This document shows positions 48,500-59,400 of a stretch of 64,000 nucleotides of DNA, piece by piece. Each line of letters opens with the position of its first letter. Within the stretch, counting starts at the first letter, position 1. The stretch is from NCBI RefSeq assembly GCF_018350175.1, contig NC_058374.1, positions 82,584,001 to 82,648,000 on the forward strand, written 5' to 3'. This DNA is from Felis catus (Eukaryota). Made by a program: the position numbers and the translations under genes. Under the pieces are notes generated by a model that did no database searches, was not told where the DNA came from, and saw only the letters and a list, made by a program, of their open reading frames with translations.

Positions 48500-50250
48500 A
48501 CGGAGTAATTGGCGGTGCGGCTCCGCATGATGTCATACCACAGGCACTCCCATTCCACGTGGGGGAGCGCCGGGGCCTCATCTCTTTAAATGGTACACCA
48601 CGCCTCCTCTTTCTGACCAATCAAGTGCCGCTCTTTTAGCCTCTTTCCTCCTTTTCCCGCCATCCCAGACTGCCCATCTTGACACTCGGTCTAATCAGGG
48701 AGGTCCTGCCTCTCCCGAACCCTAGCGCCTCCCGGCGGAAGAGGGGCAGGGTTTCTGTCTTTTGACTCCGCCTTGGTCTATGCAGCGCCGGCCAACCCGA
48801 GCCCTCAGAAAGAAGGGGCGTGGCTTAAATTCCCCTCCCCCAGCCTAGGGGTTACGGTTTGTTGGGGGCAGCTGGTCGCTAGGCTAAGCAACCTTCTCCT
48901 GGTCTCTGGGTCGGGCGGGTCCTCCCAGAGGTGGCAACATGGAGCGCTCTCCTGGAGACGGCTCCAGCCCCAGCCCCGCGGATCAGCCCTCTGCTCCCTC
49001 CGACCCCCCTGACCAGCCCCCCGCTGCTCACACAAAGCGGGACCTGAGTTCTGGGAACCAACCTGCCGGCCCAGGCGCGGCGGGTGAGGCCCTAGCGCTG
49101 CTGACTTCATTCGGGCGGCGGCTGCTTGTGCTCGTGCCGGTGTACCTGGCTGGGGCAGTGGGACTCAGCGTGGGCTTCGTGCTCTTCGGCCTCGCCCTCT
49201 ACCTGGGCTGGCGCCGGGTCCGCGACGAGAAAGAACGGAGCCTTCGGGCAGCGCGGCAGCTGCTGGACGATGAGGAGCGGCTCACGGCGAAAACACTTTA
49301 TATGAGCCATCGAGAGCTACCTGCCTGGGTGAGCGAGCACCCTCAGTGCTGCATAGCCCCCCTCATAGCCCCTCGGCTCTAGGGCTCTCCCTCCCTGTCC
49401 CTAAAGTCAGCTCCCCACCCTGGGACCATGGGAGGGAGACTCCCCTCTCGCCCCGCTAGCCGGCTGCCTGCTAGGACACGCCACTCTTGGGACCCGGTAG
49501 CCACTCTTCCCCCTTTCCCCCTCCTTTCCGCGTGCCCAGATCCTGATCCTTCCACAGAATCAGGACTTCTTCCTCTGCGCTTGGGCAGGAGCAGTTATAA
49601 CATCTGGGGAGCCTGTCGCAGCCGTGGCTCTCCCTCCTAGCCAAGACGCTTGAGCGTCCCTCGCTTCTGGTGCCACTCGCGCCTTGCTGCTCCCGGACAT
49701 CCCCGCTGCGGCTCAGAGGGTTCCCTCGTCACTCCAATCTTCCTTGAGACTTTTTTCTTTCGTTTTGTTTTTTTTTTTTTTTTTTTCCTGCCTATTTAAG
49801 GCCATAATGTTCTCCCTTTTCCCGCTCTTATCTCCGGGTACCCGCCGGGACTCGACCCCGGGAGCACTGCTCGGGGGAGCCACGGCACCCGGACAGACCC
49901 CCGACCCTCGCCTTGCAGCCCCAGGCAGCTGGGCCGCAGCGCAGCGGAGGCGGCTGCGGGACTCAGGGCGGGGGTGCGGGGGAGGGGGGAGGGTAGTCCG
50001 ACTGACTGCTGCAGTGCCCGCTGCCCACACTTCACCGCCCCTGGCCGGCCCCACCCTTTTCCGGACTGCGCGCTGCGCTTGCTCGGTTGGGACCCGGGCC
50101 CTATTTCTGCGCCCCCTCACCCCCCTGCCTGCTCTCAGCCCTCGCCGGGGCAGAGCCCGTTACGCGGCCCCTCCCTGCCCCCGCCTTCCTGCCCCTCCCA
50201 GCGGAGGTGCGGTTCTACCGGGGAGAATGGCAGAAGAGCCGAATCAAAGT
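48500..50250 (+). promoter_or_regulatory. ESYT1 promoter CpG island extending into intron 1
   Basis: CCACGTGG 48555-48562, CCAAT near 48617, GC boxes, good Kozak (aacATGG); second CpG-dense block at ~49850-50230. Confidence 0.7.
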
Positions 50251-53200
50251 TGACACTAGACAGATACAGCCATGCTGCGCAGGCCCAGGGCTGGAGAGGG
50301 GAAAGGGGGAGAAATGGTCCCAGGGGACTTGTAGCCCAGGCAGCAACTGCTATTCCTCCTACTCCTCATCATGGAAAAGCAGTCTTCTTCCTGAGGCGAC
50401 TGTCCCTCCTCCTCCGCCAATACAAACCACAGGTGTCCTTCTTTCCCATAAAAGGCACACTAACGAAATAAGAAGAAAAAAACAAAAACGGCCAGCACTT
50501 CTGGCCCCTCAAAGAGCCGCTTCCCTCTTCACCTTCTTGGTGTAGAAGAAGCCCCAGTCCAGGGTGAAGTGGGAAGGCTGCAAAACGGAACCAAGACTTC
50601 TCTAATCCCAGGGTTTCCTCCTTAAACTCTGATTTGTCAGGACCTCCCCCTCCAGAAAGAATGTTGCCCTTCTCCTCCCTCCCTCTCTGCTCCAGCAGCT
50701 GTCTTCATTTCACATCCCCAGCTATCCACAGAGCAACTTTGTGTGGCCCACATCCCGTCAGCGCCCCTTGTCAGAGAGACCTCGGAGCCCGGAAACCCCG
50801 TGGAGGGGTGAATCCTCTGAACATCCTAGCACCTCCCGGCCAACCCCTGGGTGTGAGGAGGCCCTGTCACACTTTGGTTTCCTTTCCTCTGTGGGCACAC
50901 CACCCAGCATCTTAGTAGGAAACCACAGGTGGAGGCTGTGCTCATCCCTACCTCTCCCTTCCCCACCTCTAGGTCAGCTTCCCAGATGTGGAAAAGGCTG
51001 AGTGGCTAAACAAGGTGAGCATGATGGTCTTGATTTTTATTTTTCATGAGGAAGGAATGGGGTTCGTTTCTCTTGCCAGACCCTGCCACTCGTCAGGTCT
51101 GGCCCCAGTGCTCTCTGCGAGGAGGATTCCGAAGGAACTTGCCTTTAGAAGGAAGATTGGGCTCTCCTGTGACGGGTTCCCTCTCCTTCCAGATTGTGGC
51201 CCAGGTCTGGCCTTTCCTGGGCCAGTACATGGAGAAGCTTCTGACTGAAACTGTGGCCCCGGCTGTTCGAGGCTCTAACCCCCATCTGCAAACATTTACA
51301 TTTACACGAGTGGAACTGGGTGAAAAGGTATGTGTGTAGGAAGGAAAATAACTGGATGGAGGAGATGAGCCAGGGAAGGTGGGTGGCCCAGAAGATACTC
51401 CTCCGTTTCCCTCTTCTCTCTCTCAAGAATTCATCTCTCTGCAGCCATTGCGCATCCTAGGAGTCAAGGTTCACCCTGGCCAGAGCAAAGAACAGATCCT
51501 CTTGGATTTGAACATCAGGTAACACCACTCACTCTTCTTGCTTCCCCTTCAGCAGGATCCTGATCACTCTGCTTCACTCCCCTCCCCCCATTTCAGCCTA
51601 GTGCTAACCCTCTTCGTTCTCTTCCTTATCAACCCCTAGCTATGTAGGTGATGTGCAGATTGATGTGGAAGTGAAGAAATATTTCTGCAAAGCAGGCGTC
51701 AAAGGCATGCAGGTGGGGCATGTGTCAGGGGCACCCATAATAGGGAGACTTTGCCCTAAATTTCATTGGATGTGGGGAAGTGGAAAGTTGGAAAAACCAA
51801 AGCTGGGGAAGTTTGGGAGGGAAAGAAGTCCTTTTGTAGAGAAATGCTTTGATCTTCTTTTTTTGCCCCAGCTACATGGTGTCTTGCGGGTGATTCTTGA
51901 GCCGCTCATCGGGAACCTTCCTATTGTGGGGGCTGTGTCGATGTTCTTTATCCGACGCCCGGTAAGGGAAAACACTGAGCTGAATGGGGAAGCAGGGAAA
52001 ACAGAGAGGATTGGGAGGGAGAGAGTGGCCAGCTCTGGGGCATCCGGGAGGGAAGGCTGAGGGGTCTGGCAACTGTTGGATGGGTGTGGCCATACCAGCT
52101 TGTGCTCTGTGCTGATCTCCCTGCTCTTTCCTTCCAGACCCTAGATATCAACTGGACAGGGATGACCAACCTGCTGGATATCCCAGGACTCAGGTATCAG
52201 GGATTTATTGAGCACCTAAGTGTTCCAGCCCTGGGCTGGGGGTTTTCGGGATACCAAGCAGTAAAAGATACAGCTGATATCATCCAGGAGCCTTGATCAT
52301 CCTAGCTGGAGAGAGAAAACAGATACCCCTGAAAAGTTCCATGCTGTGATTTTCCTCCTGTGGGGGAGCATGCTTGTGGATAGAGAAGGAGGAGGGCTGC
52401 AGAGAGCTCAGCAAGAGGAAAGAGAAACAGAAGAGCTGGGACAGCAGTGAAGAGACAGAGCAGTAGGTGGGGCATTAGGGTGGAAGAGTAGCAAAAACGG
52501 ATTTTGAAGAAAGGATGTCCCTCTAGCGTTAGGTCACTCTCAGTTGTGGAAAAGAAAGCTGGGGTCGGGGGGTGGATATTGGAATTTGGGGCCACGTTCA
52601 GCTCCTTTTCTACCCCCCCATCCAGCTCCCTCTCTGACACCATGATCATGGATTCCATTGCTGCCTTCCTTGTGTTGCCCAACCGATTATTGGTGCCCCT
52701 CGTGCCTGACCTTCAGGATGTGGCTCAGTTGCGTTCCCCTCTTCCCAGGGTATGGCCTCTCCAACATCAGATAGATCCTTCTTTCAGGAACCTCATGCTG
52801 GGTCCTTAGTTTCTTACCATCTGATTCCTATGCCCAGGGCATTATTCGGATTCACCTGCTGGCTGCCCGAGGTCTGGGCTCCAAGGACAAATACGTGAAG
52901 GGCCTGATCGAGGGCAAGTCAGACCCCTATGCACTTGTGCGAGTGGGCACCCAGACATTCTGCAGTCGGGTCATCAATGAGGACCTCAACCCCCAGTGGG
53001 GAGAGACTTACGAGGTGGGACAGCTGAGGAGTGGGAATTGTGTCAAATGGGGGAGGCCCTGGGAGGCTGTGAGAGAAGATCCTGATTGGATGATCCTCAC
53101 AGTGTAGCCCATGAGACCCTTAACGCTGTAATGTTCTTCAGGTGATGGTCCATGAGGTCCCAGGGCAGGAGATTGAGGTGGAGGTGTTTGATAAGGATCC

Positions 53201-53346
53201 AGACAAAGATGACTTTCTGGGCAGGTGAGACTCTGCCTGTGTTAGGATTCTAAAGCCCCAGTGCTACCACGGTTGCAGAAGCAATTATAATCTTTTTCCA
53301 GGCCTGGGAATTGTGTATCATTTTCCTTCTTAACACCCTCTTCCTG

Positions 53347-53435
<89 letters not shown>

Positions 53436-56400
53436 CTGCTGAGTACAAGAAGGGAGTCTGAGATTTGCCATTTATTTCTGGGTGGGTGAGTGGAGGGCCA
53501 GTGACATGCTATTAATTACAACACATTCTCCTTTTTCCCCCTCCCACTGTCCCCTCCCCACCCCCTCTAGGATGAAGCTGGATGTAGGGAAGGTATTGCA
53601 GGCTGGAGTGCTGGATAATGTAAGTTGAGACAAGAGGAAGAGGGAGGGTGGTCTCACCTATTGGGTTGACAATAGTTGCTACACTGGTAGAGAAGAGGTT
53701 GGGTAAATATCTGATCTCTGTTATACCTCACTTTCTTCTATCCCTCCAGTGGTTTCCTCTACAAGGTGGGCAAGGCCAAGTTCACTTAAGGCTAGAATGG
53801 CTGTCACTTTTGCCATCTGCAGAAAAACTGGAGCAGGTAACCAACCTGGCAAACAGGAAGCTGGCAGGGGAGAAACAGATGACTGGAAATATGGGGAACT
53901 GGAGGGCAAGGGTCTGACTACTGACCCCTTCCCTCTAGGTTCTGCAGTGGAATCGAGGAGTCTCCTCCCGACCAGAGCCACCATCAGCTGCCATCTTAGT
54001 TGTCTATCTGGACCGGGCCCAGGATCTTCCTGTGAGTGTGGCTTCTGAGGGCAGCTGAACAGGAAACCCTGGATGCAGCATTCCCATACCCTGTCTTGCC
54101 CCTGCCAACTGGGCTTCAGAAGCAGCAGCATGTAACACAAGGGTTCCAAGGAGGGGATCAGAGCCACCTCAGGGAAAAGATTCTGATGAGAGCCCAACTT
54201 CACTCATGGAGACAAAACCAAAAACACCAACATGGTGACTTTCTAATTCTTCCCCCACAGCTAAAGAAGGGGAACAAGGAACCCAATCCCATGGTACAAC
54301 TTTCAATTCAGGATATGACCCAGGAGAGCAAGGTGAGGGCCAGGATATCATTGTGGGAGATGGTGTGTGTGTGTGTGTGTGCGCGCGCGCGCACGCCCAC
54401 GCACGCGTGCCTGGTGGGGTAGGGGAGGATTGTTCTTGAGATGAAGTCTCCCCTTTAGGCTGCCTGTAAAGGCAAAGGTTTTCTGGAGAAACAGGAATGG
54501 ATACTGCAGCACATAACCTTAATCCCATCCTGTGCGTCTCCAGGCTGTCTACAGCAACAACTGCCCGGTGTGGGAAGAGGCCTTCCGGTTTTTCCTGCAA
54601 GACCCTCGAAGCCAGGAGCTTGATGTGCAGGTGAGACGATCACCCCACTGAGCTCCTTCTGAATACCCTATTCTGCCTTCCCAGGTCTGTATCCCCTTCT
54701 TCCATCTGCCTTTTGATCACTATTTCAGTCCACCTACATAGACTCTCCACCTCCTTGAAGCACTCCATTCTTCCCCAACTATCTCTCTAGAATCATTCTT
54801 TATAACTGAGAATTGTATACTTAAAATGAGTGATTTTATGGCAAGTCATGCCTCAGTGAAATTATTTTTAAAAAAAGAACATACTGAGTACGTAGCCTTT
54901 TATTATATTTTTCCTTATTTAGTTTCATTGTAACAAAACAACTTGTACACTTCTAACATTTAAAACTAAGCATCATCTTTCCTTTTCAGTAAAAAAAGAA
55001 AATGTGAAAATAAACAGAAGCAAAATTACAATAGAGAATGTCAATTCCAAATAAGATTCTACAGGTTCTAGGGCACCTGGTTGGCTCAGTCAGTTAAGCA
55101 TCCAGCTCTTGATCTCAACTCAGGTCTTGATCTCAGGCTTGTGAGTTCTGACTGGGTGTGAAGCCTACTTTAAAAAAAAAAAAATCTTACAGGTTCTGTT
55201 GATTCTCCCATCAAGTGGCAGGGCTCAAGTCATGATTAGAATTTTATTTTATTTTTTTAATGTTTATTTTGCAAGAGAGTGTGTACTCTTACATGAGCTG
55301 GAAAGGGACAGAGAGAGAGAGAATCCGAAGCAGGCTCCACACTGTCAGCACAGAGCCCGACTTGGGGCTCCGTCACAGACTGTGATATCATGACCTTAGC
55401 TGAAATCAAGAGTTGGTTGCTTAGCTGACTGAGTCACCCAGGTGCCCCAGGAGAGAATTTTATTTTAAAAGTGTCATCTTAAACTGCAAGAATGTCTGTT
55501 AGACATCACAATTAAACATGCCAGAGAAGCCATGTAGACATCTAGAAGCTTAAAGGTCACAGAAAAAAACATGAAACAGTATCTGCCTTCATGAAGTTTA
55601 CTGGCTAGTTTCACAGACAAGACACACATGTATAAAACCATCCAGAAATTATTAAATATTAACTAATGGGAATAAAGTACCCATAATGTAGTGCTAAGGA
55701 TAGCCAAAGAAAGGTACGGAGGCTTGAGCAACTAGAGAGATTTTGTGAAGAATTTTAAGTGGGCCCTGAGTGATTAATAGGATTTAAATAGGCAGGGGGA
55801 GGAAAAATAAGTAAATAGAGTAAACTAAAAAAAAGTAACAAAAATTTTTAAAAAATAGGGGGAGGAGAATGAGAATTTTTTAGATAATGGGAACAGGATG
55901 AGCAAAGGCAGAAGGAACGATGGAGTAGGTGGACTGTTAAGAAATTTGGCTAGAGTGGGACAAAAGGTGATTGGCACAGAGCAAATGAAGCTGGTGGCAG
56001 GTTACAATTTCCCCAATAGGTCTTTTTCCTAATCTCTTCACTACATCCCCTCTTCCTGTGCCTCTAGGTGAAGGATGACTCCAGGGCCTTGACTTTAGGG
56101 GCACTGACCCTGCCTCTGGGTCGCCTGCTGACTGCCCCTGAACTCACCTTGGACCAGTGGTTCCAGCTCAGCAGCTCTGGCCCAAACTCCAGGCTCTACA
56201 TGAAATTGGTTATGAGGGTATGGAGACAGAGGAAGCACTGAGGGTGGTGAAGGGCCTTGTAGATTCCTTGGTATTAAGAGTAAGGAAAGGGAGTCCTCTA
56301 ATATGTGTGGAAGCACCTATCAGGCACACAAAAGTGTTTGTTGACCTAACTGGGGAAGAAATAGTGTGTGAGTAGGAAGAATGTGGAGGGAACCTTCTAG

Positions 56401-59400
56401 AGATGAGCCCAGCCAAAGCAGAAACCTGTTTTCTCGGTCAGAGCCTCTGCTCTGCCCCCCCACCCCCACATACCTTGCTTGCAGGTGGTCAGCTGCACTT
56501 CTTTGATTTGACAACTACACTACCTTTCCCAGATCTTGTACTTGGATTCATCAGAAGTGCACTTTCCCACCGTGCCTGGAACACCTGGTGCTTGGGACCC
56601 GGACAGTGAGAGCTCCCAGGCAGGCAGCAGTGTGGATGCCCCACCTCGACCTTGTCATACTACTCCTGATAGTCACTTCGGGACTGAGGTGAGTCTATAT
56701 CTAGAAAGGACTAGGGTTGGTTGCCTAAGTGTGCAAAGCCTGTTTTTCAGGGCTGGTTTTGTCAGGTTTATCTCTCACAGCCATCTGGTGCCTCTGTCTG
56801 TCCCTTTTGCAGAATGTGCTTCGGATCCATGTATTAGAGGCCCAGGACCTGATTGCCAAAGACCGTTTCTTGGGGGGATTGGTAAAGGGCAAGTCAGACC
56901 CCTATGTGAAACTAAAGCTGGCAGGACGAAGCTTCCGGAGCCGTGTTGTTCGGGAAGATCTCAATCCCCGCTGGAATGAGGTTTTTGAGGTCAGAATTGA
57001 GCAGCTGGGACTCCTCTGAGTCCCTTCCCCTTCTTCCCTCTAGCTCTGAGAGAGCCCCAGGGTCAGAAAGCCCTCTGGGATTCAGGTGATTGAGGGGGAG
57101 GTTCCTAGTCATTTGGGAGAAAAAAGGAAAGAATCCCCTTTGCACTATTCTCTCCCACTAGGTGATTGTCACATCAATTCCAGGCCAAGAGCTAGACATT
57201 GAAGTTTTTGACAAGGACCTGGACAAGGATGACTTTCTGGGCAGGTGAGAGGATGGGAGTCTGGTGGCGAAGACAGGCTGGGCCTCTGTAGGCCACGGAA
57301 GTCTGGCTCTGGGGAGACAGAGTCATGGCTCTGACCGTTGGCCTCTTGTTTAAATCCTTCTCCTCTACAGGAGTAAAGTGAGTCTCACTGCAGTCCTAAA
57401 CACTGGCTTCTTTGATGAGGTGAGCAAGAAATTAGAATCAATAATCCTTCCTGATCTTGACCCATGTCTCACTCTTCTAATCCCTCTGTCCCCACATCCT
57501 CAAGCCTTAACCCTGCCTACTTCCTCAGTGGCTGACTCTGGAGGACGTGCCATCTGGCCGCCTGCACTTGCGTCTGGAGCGTCTGACCCCCCGGCCCACT
57601 GCTGCGGAGTTAGAGGAGGTAGGGAATGGACTCCAGATGGGTCAAGGCGAACTCTTGTGTCAGCTTCCGAGGTGTATGCCAGGCCCCAGTATGTCAGTCA
57701 CCACTCCCCAAGCCGAGTGTGTCTTCCCACAGGTGCTGCAGGTGAACAGTTTGATCCAGACGCAGAAGAGTGCAGAACTGGCAGCGGCCCTGCTGTCCGT
57801 TTATCTGGAGCGGGCGGAGGACCTGCCGGTGAGATCTGCTCCCCACGCCCCATAGCTCCCTGGCCCTTGCTCCGCCTCCCTCAGGTTTGGATGCCCCTGG
57901 TGTATTTGGAATAGTAAATTCCAAATTCCTCTTTCCCAGGGTGGCGCTGGGGTGGGAAGAATGGTCTGTTTGAGGCCAGGAGGGTGGTGGCTGTCAAGTA
58001 ATAATGGGGACCTGGTCACTGGCTGTGGATGGAATTTGTGAGGGGAGCAGGGGATCTGCCTAACGAGTCTAAATTTAAGACTGTATTTAACACAATATTC
58101 TGTCTCTTAGCTCCGAAAAGGTACCAAGCCTCCCAGTCCTTATGCTACTCTCACTGTGGGAGATACTTCTCACAAGACGAAGGTATTAGAAAATGCCTCA
58201 GGGCTGTCTGGGAGGGATGAGAGATGCAGAGGAGAGAGTTCCAACCACTGACCGTAACCCTTCATCTCCACCAGACTATTTCCCAAACTTCAGCCCCTGT
58301 CTGGGATGAGAGTGCCTCCTTTCTCATCAGGAAACCAAACACTGAGAGCCTGGAGTTGCAGGTACTATAAATTCATTCTGTGAACGTTCTGCCATCACGG
58401 GCTGGGCACTGAACCAGGCGCAGGGCGTTCAGAGATAAAAGATCTAGTTCTTATCTTTATGGAGCTCACGCTCTCTTTTGGAAGAAAAATAACCACGGAA
58501 AACTTCCAGACTGACAACTGCTGACGAAAAGGCACTGTGGGGAAAAAAGGAGGGCTTTCATGTCAGACTAGGGGAAAAGGCAAAGGCAATAAGAGAGGCA
58601 TCCTTAGACGACCTCTGAGCTTAAGGGTAAACAAACCCTGACCAAGAAGAGAAGGAAAAGTCTTCAGGCTGAGAAGAGAAGGAGCAGAAAGAAGGCAAAT
58701 TACAGATCAGAGAGGCAGACAGAAGCAAGATCACAGGGGCTCTTGAATATTATGCTAAGAATCTGGATTTATCTAAAGGCACAGGGAAACAGTTGAGGGA
58801 GTGAGGGGAGGGGAGGGGAGGGGTGGGGCAGCCTGGATGGCTGAGCATCTAACTTCGGCTCAGGTCATTATCTCACAATGGTTTGTGAGTTCCAGCCCCA
58901 CATCGGGCTTGCTACTGACAGCTCAGAGCCCACTTCAGATCCTCTGTCCCCCTCGCTCTCTGCCCCTGCCCCACTCGTGCACTCTATCAAAATTAAACAT
59001 ATAAATAAATAAATGAGTGAGTGAGGGGTGACACACCCAGATTTGCACTTTACAGAGATCATGCTGATAGCAGGATAAAGAATGGACTAAAGGAAGATGA
59101 TGCTGGAGGCAGGGAAATCAGTTAACAGTCTATTAGAGTAATAAACAAGAAATGACCAAGCTTGGATGGTATTTGGTGGTGGTTAATTTGACATGGGGGG
59201 AGATGGAACAAGGAACAGTCGAGATGCTAACTCGTGGGTTCTTAGCATGGGGTAGCTGGACAGAGAAGGGTGCCATTGCCAACACAGGGAATGCCCAAAG
59301 CAGGAGTTTGAGTTTTTTGAAAATGTTTATTTATTTTTGAGAGAGGGGGGGGGCAGGGGACAGAGAGAGAGGGAGAGAAGAGAATACCAAGCAGGCTCCA

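Noticed and set aside
49684-50545. Overlapping 135-189-aa ORFs in ESYT1 intron 1
   Set aside because: CpG-island artefacts with low-complexity translations.
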